This document shows, in pieces, positions 10,609-21,432 of a stretch of 64,000 nt of DNA. Where the stretch lies: NCBI GenBank assembly GCA_010405405.1, contig MU004230.1, positions 1,770,627 to 1,834,626 of the forward strand, written 5' to 3'. The stretch is from Microthyrium microscopicum (Eukaryota). Positions within the stretch are counted from its first letter, which is position 1, and each line of letters begins with the position of its first letter. The notes beneath the pieces were generated by a model. The model had not been told where the DNA came from, ran no database searches, and saw nothing but the letters and a program-made list of their open reading frames with translations. The translations under genes and the position numbers were made by a program.

Positions 10609-13563
10609 ATGGACGATCATATACCTTTCACCCCTCCGCCATACTATGTCAAAAACTTGCCTAGGAAGCAAAACACAAGCCCTCCACGTCCGGTCCAAAA
10701 CGTTGGTTCTCTAGATTCAAGGATAGTGCCCAATATGATGCGACGAATGTCATCCCGGAGAAGCCAGGGAGAGTCTGGCGGGAGGATAGCAAAAGCTGAA
10801 AGGAAAAGGAAGCCGGGTCTATCGATTGATACTACAGTTGCTCGTACAGGCCGTCGTCCTCCACAAGAAATCAAGATAAGCAACCCGGTAAACTTGGGAT
10901 CTTCGACAAATGGACCTCCATCGAACAGTACACCGTCTTTCGCTCCTCCTCCAACAGTCGCGGCAGCTCCAGTTCAACAGAACCAGTACCAAGCAGAGGT
11001 AAACTCGAATCCTTTTGTTCCTGCTAGCAGCCCAAGTCGATTTCCCCCTACATTTCTAGACAATACCAAACGACAGTCATCACTGCGTAACTCTACAAAT
11101 CCTCAACAGCTTTACTTTGCTCCACCTCCTCGTCCAAGGTCTAGCCTTTACTCAACAAATTCTCGTACTGGATCGAAGAGAAAGTCAAAGAATGTTGTAA
11201 GAGACTCAAACGTTACCGCCTTTGAAGAAGAAATCAACAACCAACGACGACAGCGAGGGCTATCGGGAGGTACTACTTTTGAAGAAGATCGTAACTCTCG
11301 TATCCCAGATACAGCCATGACAAACACTTCCTACAGATCGCGAGGTTGGTGGAACGTAATCACCACTCCATTTCAAAAGACTCCTACCGATTCTGGACTG
11401 CCAGCTGTGCCTCCAATTCCGGCTCATCTGGCAAGTCCTGATGCTGGCTATTTGTACCCGCCAGTGCCAGTTCCTGCACCACCTGGACAAGCTTCATCTC
11501 ACGACTCTGGATCATCTTTCCCTTTCAGCCCTAATGATAGGGAAGTACCCATCACTCTAGGTGCAGAGTTGGCGTTTGATTTGAGTTCACCCCCAGCCCA
11601 TCAGACTCAACATGCTCATACACCATCCAGCACCACTATCGATGATAGCAGCGTACGTGCAGACAGTAGACAAAGCTCGCGAATGCCCTTTGCAGATTCC
11701 AAGTCACCACCATCTGGAGCCGATGAGTTCTCGCCTGCTGGAATGCTTGGCGGTGCTGGCACTGTCCACTCATCTTTCGGAATTGTAAACCATGTCGAGG
11801 AAAACAAAGCTACTAAACAACGCCCAAACTTGACCATAAATACTGGAGAAGATCACAGTTCTGTCAGAGCATCGCTTCGTGCTACAGTTGTACGAACCGT
11901 TCGCTTCCTTACGCCTCGCAACTCTGTATTTCCCCCTCCTCCTGGAGAGTATACTTCTACTCGAAGAGCTGCTGACGCCCCGCTTACACCTGGTCCTGGA
12001 AAGATATTCTCCAAGAAATCATTTTTCAGAGCTCCTCCAACTCCGGGATTCTTCAAGGCTCCACCAACCCCTGGATTTCGTAGCGGTCCAAGTAGCGAAG
12101 AGGAAACTAGTCGAAACGCATTCAACCCTCCTCCAACACCGAGATATCCAACGTCAAGTCACCGCAAGAACTCTTCGGTGAGCTATGAAGAGTTTGAAAT
12201 AGATGATGAAGGCAAAAGTCAAAAGAAAGAACGACCACCCATGACATACTTTCATCTAAACTGTTTTGGGCGTAAGAAGAGCAAGAATGCCCAACATGAG
12301 ACGAAAGAAAAGAAGGAGAAAAAGAAGATGAGTCGGCGACGAAAATGTTGTTTCTGCTGTCTCTGTGTTCTGATCGCCTTTTTGGTCTTGATCGCTTTGA
12401 TCATCGTCCTAGCTGTCATGTTAACCAAGAAGCATAACAAAGCTCCCAGTACCATGGGTTCTCCCCCTGCATGGGTCAACTTGACGAACTTTCCACCTAT
12501 GATGACAGGTGCACTCACCATAGCTCGACCAAACCTCGTCAAATCCGAGTCTGGATGCGTACCCGTATCCACGGCATGGAGTTGTGCTGTTCCCAAAGAG
12601 CAACAAGCGGCACTTGCGCCAAACGACGCAACGCAGCCCAACTTCCTCTTCAATATCGTCTATGACAACTCCACCAGCCTCACAAAGCGCTCATCCTCTG
12701 GCCCAGCATACGCCAACCACGTCCTTCGTGCTCGCGCTCCCACCGCCAATCCAGCAGTATCCGCCCTTGACGAGCAGTCCTTCCTCGGCAACACCACCGA
12801 TGGCATTACCGCTCCCTTTGAAGGTGAAGCCGCCCCTTTCTACATTTCTTTCAGCGATGTCACCACCGCTGCACCGCCATCCAAAGTGAAGCGCGACAGC
12901 TCACCCACCTCCTCTGCAAACTCTGTCGCCAATCTCTCCACCAATCTCCCAAAGCCTGCTGTCAACCCAGACAACACACCGCAACCCGCAAATCTGCTCA
13001 CATTCCCCGCAAACCAACCCTTGAGGCTGTATAACCGCGGCCAAAGCACGGAACACTATGGCTTCTACACATACTTCGACCGCTCCATCTTCCTCCGCTC
13101 CTCAAATGCCAGCGGTCCAGCCGTGAGCGCCGACCAAAACGGCGGCTCGACACAAGCCGGTGCTAATTTCCGCTGTACATGGAGCCAGACGCGCTATCTA
13201 GTCCAAATCTGGACTCGCCAGGGCCATCTCCTTCCCAAAGGAAGCTCAGGATCCAAGGAGGCGAGTGGCACGTATGTGGCGCCTGGCAGTATGGCGATGC
13301 CAGTGAGCGTGACATTGGACAGACATGGTGGCTCGCAGAAGGGCAAGATGCTGTATTGCTATCAGATTGATGTTAGTGGAAAGGTGGTGGATGGCAGCGG
13401 TAAAATCGGGGTGGAACATAGGGACTTTGGCGGAACGATTGTTAATCCGTCGCCTGGACCATTTTTTACGCCGGTGCCACCGGTTAGTGTTAGTGAGGGT
13501 GGGCCGGGAGGTATTGATGGGGGGACGGGTGGGTGTGGGTGCAAGTGGCAGAATTGGACTTAG
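10609..13563 (+). CDS. uncharacterised fungal single-pass (type II) membrane protein, 984 aa
   Basis: Intronless ORF. ~580 aa Pro/Ser-rich disordered N-terminus, then RRRKCCFCCLC plus a hydrophobic TM helix, then a folded-looking Cys/Trp-containing C-terminal domain (WVNLTNFPP, WSCAVP, HYGFYTYFDRSIF, CTWSQTRYLVQIWT, DGGTGGCGCKWQNW). Confidence 0.85.
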   Translation: MDDHIPFTPPPYYVKNLPRKQNTSPPRPVQNVGSLDSRIVPNMMRRMSSRRSQGESGGRIAKAERKRKPGLSIDTTVARTGRRPPQEIKISNPVNLGSSTNGPPSNSTPSFAPPPTVAAAPVQQNQYQAEVNSNPFVPASSPSRFPPTFLDNTKRQSSLRNSTNPQQLYFAPPPRPRSSLYSTNSRTGSKRKSKNVVRDSNVTAFEEEINNQRRQRGLSGGTTFEEDRNSRIPDTAMTNTSYRSRGWWNVITTPFQKTPTDSGLPAVPPIPAHLASPDAGYLYPPVPVPAPPGQASSHDSGSSFPFSPNDREVPITLGAELAFDLSSPPAHQTQHAHTPSSTTIDDSSVRADSRQSSRMPFADSKSPPSGADEFSPAGMLGGAGTVHSSFGIVNHVEENKATKQRPNLTINTGEDHSSVRASLRATVVRTVRFLTPRNSVFPPPPGEYTSTRRAADAPLTPGPGKIFSKKSFFRAPPTPGFFKAPPTPGFRSGPSSEEETSRNAFNPPPTPRYPTSSHRKNSSVSYEEFEIDDEGKSQKKERPPMTYFHLNCFGRKKSKNAQHETKEKKEKKKMSRRRKCCFCCLCVLIAFLVLIALIIVLAVMLTKKHNKAPSTMGSPPAWVNLTNFPPMMTGALTIARPNLVKSESGCVPVSTAWSCAVPKEQQAALAPNDATQPNFLFNIVYDNSTSLTKRSSSGPAYANHVLRARAPTANPAVSALDEQSFLGNTTDGITAPFEGEAAPFYISFSDVTTAAPPSKVKRDSSPTSSANSVANLSTNLPKPAVNPDNTPQPANLLTFPANQPLRLYNRGQSTEHYGFYTYFDRSIFLRSSNASGPAVSADQNGGSTQAGANFRCTWSQTRYLVQIWTRQGHLLPKGSSGSKEASGTYVAPGSMAMPVSVTLDRHGGSQKGKMLYCYQIDVSGKVVDGSGKIGVEHRDFGGTIVNPSPGPFFTPVPPVSVSEGGPGGIDGGTGGCGCKWQNWT
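12023..12079 (+). repeat. two-copy 27-bp coding tandem repeat (FF[R/K]APPTPG)
   Basis: The protein reads FFRAPPTPGFFKAPPTPGF; the DNA copies differ mostly at synonymous sites. Confidence 0.7.
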
Positions 13564-14400
13564 ATGGTGTTGCTTTTTGTAGGATTATTATCGATTGAGA
13601 GATTTGGATTTTGAGGTTACTAATATGGTGTTTGGGAGGGAAAACACATGGATGATAATGGATATAGATTGTCTTTTGGAAATTCATAGCAGGTCGTTAG
13701 CTTTGGAATACTTTAGAGATATACCCGCTCTTCGCATATGGAATGACAATGAAAACTTAATCGTACTACTTGAACTTGAAAGAAATGAGTGTCATCAGTG
13801 ACAGCGAAGCTAAGTAGTATCGTTTGCTTTACTTCAACTTGACATGTGGTGGGTTTACCTAGGACGGAGAACGCTCTTCGGCATCTTGCTTAGAGCAAAC
13901 ATGGTTGGAAAGGGACGTCCTACATAAATTATAGCAGTCTCTAGCGGTTATCGCCTTCTCCGAGAATATTCTAGGTTTATTTGATCATTATGATGCGAGA
14001 TCGATGTCAAGATCTTGATCTGATCATCTTAGAGGAAAGGTAAGGTAGGAACGTTGAAATTCTAAGCAGTGACTGTGACCACCCGAGGCAGTCGCGATGC
14101 TTTCCCACGTTGCCATGCGCTCATTCTCAACTCGCACTACTTCTACTTCATATGATACTTATCTCAACTCTAATATTATCCTCAATTCCACGAACTATGA
14201 AAATCTTACCTTCATCGATACTGAAACGGAGACGATTTCAGTTGCTCCCAAGGACCCTAGAAACCGACACATAAGGCTGAACACAAGGCTGACCGTACGC
14301 TCCCCCAGTTCCATCATTTCACCCGAACTCCCCAAACCCAAGGCTCCCCATCCTTTGATCTACTCCCAATTCATATAGCTCCTAATAATGGAACCAGAAA

Positions 14401-15921
14401 ATGTTTTCGCTATCTCGAGCCCACAAAGGCTCCAACAATCTCGCAGGCAACCGTACCTCCGTAGCCAGCAACCTCACCACCCAAAGCCATAAAGCCAGCC
14501 ACGACGGATTTTTCGGCAAAGCTACTAAACGAATCGTCTCCGCCTTTGATCATCGGGCTTCTTGGGCAACAACATCAAGCGCAGCAATGACAGAAGACCA
14601 AGACCCTCGCTACCTCTCTCCACAGGTTGCCAGCTCTGACACTGCCAGTGCAACGAGTGCTGAAGGGCGAAACTCTAGTGGTAAGCGCAACCGTAACTAC
14701 GGCCCCATGATCCAAGGCCTCTTAGCTCGATTCGACCCGAACTTCCACAGCAAGGAAGGCCCGGACTGGCGAGCCTCCAAGGAAAACCGAGACTTGAGCT
14801 CCTCGCCAATTAGATGGGACATCAAAGAGCATCCTGCCAGAGAGACACCACTACCAAAGGAGAACCCGCCACAGGATGAATCATCTGAATCACCTGAATC
14901 CACAGACTCACCTGAATCCCCGGAGTCACCTGAATCTGCCGAAGATGACTTTGTAGAGCAGCCGTTATTAAGGTCACCTACTCCAGCCGGTCGCTCAACC
15001 ACAGTAACCAGTTTGCTCACGGAGATGCTTCCACCCAATGGAACCTTATTGAAGAGCAAACGCGACACTCAAATCAGCGAGACTTCCATTGACTGGGTTA
15101 ACAGCACTGCCATGGTGGAGCCGCTCAAAACCAAGGGTAAGGAGAGTTTTGGGCCCTTCAAAGGCACTCTGCGCGCCATGAAGTCTCGCATGGACATGAA
15201 GCGCGAGAGTAGCAGCCTCAAAAAGCAGACCATGTCTCTCAATCCTGAGATGGCCTCGAGTTGGGAAGCCAAAGTCGATGCTCTGGCTGCTTGGTCCGAA
15301 GAGTGCCTCAGCAAGGGACGCATGCCAGATATGGATCTTGTGGTTATGCGAAAAGCCAACGATGTTCTGACTAGAAAGGATAGCGGCGGGAGTGATCCGT
15401 CTACTGCTTCTGACGAAATTGTTCTCTTGTCACCAGAGCAGGATTTGGTGGAATGCTTCAGTCGTGAGAGCTGTCATCCTCATCAGACTGCATACTTTGC
15501 AAAAATTCTCAAGGAGGTAAGAAACATTTATGACGTCTCAACCAAAAGCATACTGACAAATGCATAGGCCAAGACCATTCTCAAAGACGAACAGGCTAAA
15601 AGCTCTCGTCACGGATGGGCCAAAGAAGTCGGCCGTATTCTCGTTCATCACAAGTGCCGTGTTCCGCTAGTCTTTCGCATAGAAGCTGCTCATCTGTTGC
15701 TTCAGTACCGTTGGCCAACGCTTGAAAACACAGACCTGCTCACCCTGGCGTGGCAGTGGTGTCACCAGCTTGAACGCACCCCCTTGGTGCTCACTTTGAT
15801 GCATACGACCCAGAAACTGTGCGACTTACAGACCGGAGACTTGTGCCTCCTCGAGTCACCCGGCAAACCTGCTCCGCCAAAGGATGGCTATGCAGTCAAG
15901 GATCGATCCAGATGCTTGTGA
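14401..15921 (+). CDS. hypothetical protein, ~489 aa, two exons, Ser-rich N-terminal region
   Basis: Exons 14401-15516 and 15568-15921. Phase-0 intron 15517-15567 (GTAAGA...CTGAC...TAG) links into the frame of ORF 15697..15921. Confidence 0.7.
14878..14940 (+). repeat. 9-bp coding minisatellite encoding (ESP)n-like repeats
   Basis: gaatcatct gaatcacct gaatccaca gactcacct gaatccccg gagtcacct gaatctgcc translates to ESSESPESTDSPESPESPESA. Confidence 0.75.
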
Positions 15922-16312
15922 AGCGTTTGATGGGAACTTGGTGAAAATAGGTTGATGGTCAACCAGGTCTACGTCTATTGATGATGCATGTTAAAAGCTT
16001 CGCGTGATACACCGCATTGGCTTGCCGGTGAACGGCCAGTAATACTGTCAGCGTTCACGTTGGGAAAATAAATCATAATGTACATAGTATAGCTCAAAAA
16101 GTGAAGCTTGAGCATAGAAGAAATGCAGTCCTAAGCCTATCACCAAGTGAAGTCGGCAAGTTCCGTCATGATTCATTCATTTTCAATCCTAGCATTTAGT
16201 CCACCAGCCCTATCAATCTCCAACTCCATATCTCATAATTCAATATTCTTCTACAGCTGGTCTGTAGATACAATCATTCATGTCTCTCGCACAATAACCA
16301 CCTACGCCAACC

Positions 16313-17203
16313 ATGTCCGCTCTCTCCAACATAATTACCCCATTCGCCCACACCCTCCATCTTTCTACCCTCCCCCTCCACATCCACCACCTCCTAGCCG
16401 GCTACCTATTCTACGAATTTCTCTTCACCATCGTCTCACCCGCCCTCTCACCCCTCTCACGCTCCTACAAAGCTCTCAGCGCACCCAAACGCATCGACTG
16501 GCACACGCACGTCGTCTCCTTCATCCAATGCCTCATCATAAACTCCCTCGCCCTCCACGCAATCCTCACATCACCCGCGTCCACAAGTCCGGCAGATAGA
16601 CTATGGACATATACGCCGCTTGCGGGGCGCGCACAGGCGCTGGCGGCGGGGTACTTTCTGTGGGATGTACGTGTTTCGATTGCACATTTTGATGTATTGG
16701 GGATGTCTAGTTTGATACATGGGATTGCGGCGCTGGGCGTCACGATGTTGGGATTTAGGCCTTTTGCGAATTACTATGGGCTGCGATTTGTGCTGTATGA
16801 ATTGAGCACGCCGTTTTTGAATGTCCATTGGTTTTGTGATAAGATGGGACTTACGGGCTCGTCGTTACAACTGTATAATGGCATTCTTCTCCTCGTTAGC
16901 TTCTTTGGGGCGAGAATTGTGTGGGGCGGATGGCAGAGTTGGCGCATTTATAGCGATGTGTGGAGCGTTTGGAAAGACCGAGGGATTATGACGAAGGGGT
17001 GTGAGATGTTTTGGAAAGCGACTTGGGTTGATGTGCCGCTGCAGTGTAGGGAGTTGCCGGGCTGGTTGGGTGGGTTTTATGTTGGTGCGAATACAGCCTT
17101 GACGGTGCTGAATGTTTATTGGTTTGGGAAGATGGTTCAGGCTGTTAGGAGGCGGTTTGTGGTTGCTGAGAAGATGGAGAGGGATGAGAAGAAGGAATCA
17201 TGA
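16313..17203 (+). CDS. TLC (TRAM/LAG1/CLN8) domain membrane protein, 296 aa, intronless
   Basis: Multiple TM helices. Motifs WHTHVVSFIQ, QALAAGYFLWD, LIHG and FVLYELSTPFLNVHWFCDKM, and LNVYWFGKM are typical of fungal TLC/Tda4-like proteins. Confidence 0.9.
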   Translation: MSALSNIITPFAHTLHLSTLPLHIHHLLAGYLFYEFLFTIVSPALSPLSRSYKALSAPKRIDWHTHVVSFIQCLIINSLALHAILTSPASTSPADRLWTYTPLAGRAQALAAGYFLWDVRVSIAHFDVLGMSSLIHGIAALGVTMLGFRPFANYYGLRFVLYELSTPFLNVHWFCDKMGLTGSSLQLYNGILLLVSFFGARIVWGGWQSWRIYSDVWSVWKDRGIMTKGCEMFWKATWVDVPLQCRELPGWLGGFYVGANTALTVLNVYWFGKMVQAVRRRFVVAEKMERDEKKES

Positions 17204-17510
17204 GGATGATTATGATAATGAGGAGTTGATGTTTGGATAATCACGAAACAGCTTCTCAGACTATATGAAAGATGGGTTACAGTATTACTCGAACTTGTGT
17301 GATATGCTTTTGTACAGGCCTGTTATCACAATGCATCCGATGAGAATGTATAAATGGTACATATGATCCGAATTCTATCTAATCGGAAGGGTATTAAGCC
17401 CATTACTATATGAGCAGTTGGGGTATACACATAAAGAGGAGATCTGAATCTAATGCTGCATCACTTGTCGTCATCTCGTACAAACCAAAAATATGTCGTC
17501 CATTAAGCCA

Positions 17511-18578
17511 CTAGGCGCTTCCGAAAACCTTCAAGAAGCCCCATAATCCAATTGCACTGAAGACTGGGATTGTAAAGTTGTCATCCCAGCCATAGACATC
17601 AATAGCTTCGCTTACACTGGCAATAACGCCTGTGACCAAGCTCAAAGTGCCCATAGCAAGAGTGCCTGATATCGTTCCACTATCGTCACTCCAGCCCAGT
17701 AATTCTTTAACTGCGCTCGGTAGTCCCAATGTGCCTCGGAAAGCAAATGGACTTGGGAGTACGCCGAAGCTACCAACTTCAACTCTTGGAGCTGCCCAGC
17801 CCCAGAATCCCCAGGCTGTAGCAACGCCTACTAGAAGTGCCGCGGTAGATCCAGCAAGACTTTTGCCTTTTCTTAAGCTGTATGAGTATTTACCCCATGC
17901 TCGTCCAACAGTGCTTGCTGCTGTATCGCACCAGCTAAGCAGAAGTACTCCCATGACTCCAATATCCTTCGGACAGAAACGCAGCACAGCCCATGTACCG
18001 GCAAGATACCAAATGACACCATTGTAGCCATCAACCTCAGACTCGCGCATCAGGGCGCCACATAGGCGAATGTAAAGCTTGTTGACAGCGGGAAAGTTGT
18101 GCCGTAGGATGTCCGCAGTCGCAACGGGAATCAAAGCAGTCAGTAGAACGGGATGAATCTGATCTGTCTGGAAGCCTTTGGCGTAAAGTGTAAGGGTAAG
18201 GAACCCGATGGAAACGTGCAGCGCTTTCCGTGGGATTTCATGTCGATGTACCTAGAAAAAAAGTTAGCATGACGTTGAAGAATAAAGTGTTGGGCCATGG
18301 CATACGAATGACCTGAAGGTCGAATGTATAGGTATTAGGCCCAATGGACTCGGACTTCTGCTTGGCTCTCGCCGTGCGGATGTTCGCGGCACTTGTAGGT
18401 GTCCGTTTATGTCGCTTGAAGGCCCGTTTGCTGTTGAACTACTTGTTCTTTTGCCAGCAGTTTTCCGTTGCGATCGCCGGAGAGGTTTCCTGGGTGTATC
18501 AGATCCAGATGTAGTCAAGTCTTCAGAATCGAAGGTGCCCGCACGGAGGCCGTTTGGTGGGGATAGAGTATCAGGCAT
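17511..18578 (-). CDS. DGK1: CTP-dependent diacylglycerol kinase (cytidylyltransferase family), ~337 aa
   Basis: Exons 18578-18306 and 18251-17511; intron 18305-18252 (GTATGC...CTAAC...TAG). Motifs HEIPRKALHVSIGF, LMRESE..YNGVIWYL, LLLSWCDTAASTVGR, KSLAGS and DDNFTIP. Confidence 0.9.
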
Positions 18579-18880
18579 GCCGAGTGTAGTTGAGGTTGAA
18601 CGCTTTGGCTTAGGTAGTGGGAGATGTGGTATGTTTCAGACGAAGTTAGAACGGTTGATTGCAGAGCATGGTGGTATGAATGAAGTGCAGTTAAAAGAAG
18701 TTAGAGTCGAAATAATAGACATAGGAAGAATAGTTGGGACCGAATGTAGATGTTGGACCTTGAAGGTTGGAGGAGGCTCAGACCTTGCAGCTTCCAAAAT
18801 CCTGGCTGGGGTTCCTGCGCACTTGGCATCGTCACCCTGCCTTTCCCCTTGTTCCTGATTGGCTACAGCTGTCCGACTAC

Positions 18881-18890
18881 AAAATTTCTA
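18881..18890 (+). promoter_or_regulatory. RRPE-like AAAATTT element upstream of the ribosome-biogenesis gene SPB4
   Basis: aaaatttc lies ~70 bp upstream of the SPB4 ATG, in the 372-bp divergent DGK1/SPB4 spacer. It resembles the core of the yeast RRPE motif but is short and could be chance. Confidence 0.25.
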
Positions 18891-18950
18891 TCGCGAAGTC
18901 AAGAAACTTTCTTTTTTCACAGTCTTTGATTCTTGATAGCCACGATTGTT

Positions 18951-20861
18951 ATGGCGGGCCCTGACAAGAAATTACCGCCTGGAGGCTCATCCAGAGCATG
19001 GGAAGCGCTCACTCCAGCTCTTTCAGAATGGATACTAAACGCTGTGTCCACCATGGGATTCATCAAAATGACCCCAGTACAGGCCAGTACAATTCCCCTC
19101 TTCATGGGCAACAAAGACACCGTAGTAGAGGTAGATATTCTCAAAGATCTATGCCTAATTAAATCTTACTAATCTATTTAGGCTGTCACCGGCAGCGGCA
19201 AAACTCTCTCGTTTCTGATACCAGTTGTAGAGAAACTGCTTCGACTTTCTGATCCTATCAAAAAGCATCATGTTGGCGCAGTGATAATATCTCCCACTAG
19301 AGAACTGGCATCGCAGATACATTCGGTCCTCGTCTCTCTTCTAGGCTTCCATCCACCGTCAGCTGCTGCAATAAGGCCACCATCCGACGAGGACGAACAG
19401 CTTGAAGTCTTTCCAGCTGCAACTCTCAAAGTTGTGCCCCAGCTTGTTGTAGGAGGAAGCCAGACCCCAAAACAGGACCTGGCAGACTTTCTATCCAGTG
19501 GCTCAAACGTACTCATCGGCACTCCTGGGCGGCTGCTCGAACTCCTCAGCTCTAAATATGTTCATTGTCCTCAGTCCTCCTTTGAAGTGCTGGTTCTTGA
19601 CGAAGCAGATCGATTACTGGATCTTGGTTTCAAAGAGGATCTCCAAAACATTCTCTCACGACTACCAAAACAGCGTCGAACCGGTCTTTTCAGTGCTAGT
19701 GTCAGTGAAGCTGTTGATCAGATCATTCGAGTCGGCCTTCGGAATCCTGTGCGCATATCCGTCAAGGTCAAATCGATAACAGGTGCACAAGACAAAAGAA
19801 CTCCAGCAAGTCTACAAATGTCGTATATGGTGACAAAGCCTACTCAGAAAATACCTGCCTTGAAACAACTACTCGCCAAACTCCATCCTACACCCCAAAA
19901 GACAATTGTCTATGTCTCTACTTGCGCTGCTGTCGATTATTTTCAGCATCTGTTACCAGAAGTATTTTCCGACTTCACAGTTGTACCTCTTCATGGAAAA
20001 CATCCACCAAAAGTTCGGGACAAAAACTTCAAGCGCTTCACCGAATCTCTGACATCTACGATTCTCCTCACAACCGACGTCGCTGCACGCGGGCTGGACA
20101 TTCCTTTGGTCGACCTTGTTGTTCAACTGGACCCACCTAGTGATCCAAAGGTTTTCCTTCATCGATGTGGCCGTGCCGGACGAGCAGGACGTCGAGGACT
20201 CGCTGTTGCATTCATAACCCCTGGTCGTGAGGAAGATTTTATACCATTCCTAGCGGTGCGCAAAACTCCGATCACATTACTGGAGGAGCCTAGGATATCT
20301 GTTAGTGATGAAGAGGCTGCAGAAACTGTTAGTCAAATGCGGGAAATTGTGCTGACAGACCGGTCCATCTATGACAAAGCTCAAAAGGCTTTCGTTAGCT
20401 GGGTCAAATCCTACGGCAAACATCAAGCAACCAGCATATTCCGCGCAAGCGACCTGGACTGGAATGAAATGGGCCACGCGTGGGCCCTTCTCAGATTACC
20501 CAAAATGCCCGAATTGAAAAACTGGACTGGTGACAAATATCTTGGACTGGATGTCAACTTCAAGGAATTCCAATACAAGGACAAGGTCCGGGAAAAACAT
20601 CGATTAGAGGAAGCGGAGACTCCTACTGCCAGACCTGCGAAGAAGGTTGAGAGAACAGAAGCTTGGAGTGGCAAGAAGGCTGTGAAAGAACTGAAAGAAG
20701 AGCGTCGTGAGAAACGAAAAGTCAAGAGGGATACCATCAAGATCAGTAAGATGAACGAGTCTGAGCTGAAGGAAAAGAAGGATCTTGATGAGATGATTGC
20801 GCAAGTTCGCCTACAGACAGCGGCCGCTGAGGAGGACGAGTGGAACGGATTTGAAGATTGA
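18951..20861 (+). CDS. SPB4: ATP-dependent rRNA DEAD-box helicase Spb4/DDX55, ~619 aa
   Basis: Exons 18951-19130 and 19182-20861; intron 19131-19181. Q motif [14 protein letters not shown], Walker [27 protein letters not shown] (motif III variant typical of Spb4), [16 protein letters not shown]-terminal [10 protein letters not shown] and a basic tail. Confidence 0.95.
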
Positions 20862-20867
20862 GCAAGT

Positions 20868-21063
20868 ACCTTATAAAGCTCATACTCCCATCGAGTGCGA
20901 TATTTGCCATCGCACCTCGTAAAGTGCGTTCTCCTATCGAGTGCGATATCAGCCATCGCACCTTATAAATTGCACTACTCCCATCGAATGCGATATCAGC
21001 CATCGCACCTTATAAAGTGCACTTCTCCCATCGAGTGCGATATCTACCACCGCACTCGATGGG
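20868..21063. repeat. four-unit 46-47 bp palindromic minisatellite ending in a perfect 13-bp inverted repeat
   Basis: Units start at 20868, 20914, 20960 and 21007; consensus ACCTTATAAAGTGCACTACTCCCATCGAGTGCGATATCAGCCATCGC. The terminal inverted repeat is 21027-21039 / 21051-21063. Confidence 0.92.
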
Positions 21064-21432
21064 TTGTTTTGTTAACCCGGTTCATATAATTCCTTCTTGT
21101 TATGGATACCTTCTATTATCGGCGATTCCTCTCCAGTCTGGCTGCGAAAAGAGAAGGCGTGCTTGTGTCGAGGTGACATTCTTAGGAGTGTTAGATTGCT
21201 GATTGAGAAGCTTCTAGTGAACTTTCACCTCAAAAGGACACTCACTGGTCACTGGAAACCTCACTAGCTCAAGATGGAAGTTTCAACTTTCAAATTCAGG
21301 TCCTTAAATACTGAACGGGTCCTCGTTCTACTCTTACCAATCCTCTTCACCACCATCATCAAGAAAATTCCAAGTCTTACTCTTCAACCCTTCTAAAACC
21401 ACAAATCACGCCCTCTAAATTCCACAGCTCAA

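Noticed and set aside
14097..14400. 93-aa ORF and an out-of-frame ATG at 14388 upstream of the 14401 gene
   Set aside because: Probably 5' UTR or chance; a uORF role cannot be assessed without TSS data.
20868..21063. CRISPR array or Helitron 3' end
   Set aside because: The sequences between the palindromes are themselves repeated (no unique spacers), there are no cas genes, and the host is a eukaryote. No CTRR terminus follows the final hairpin.
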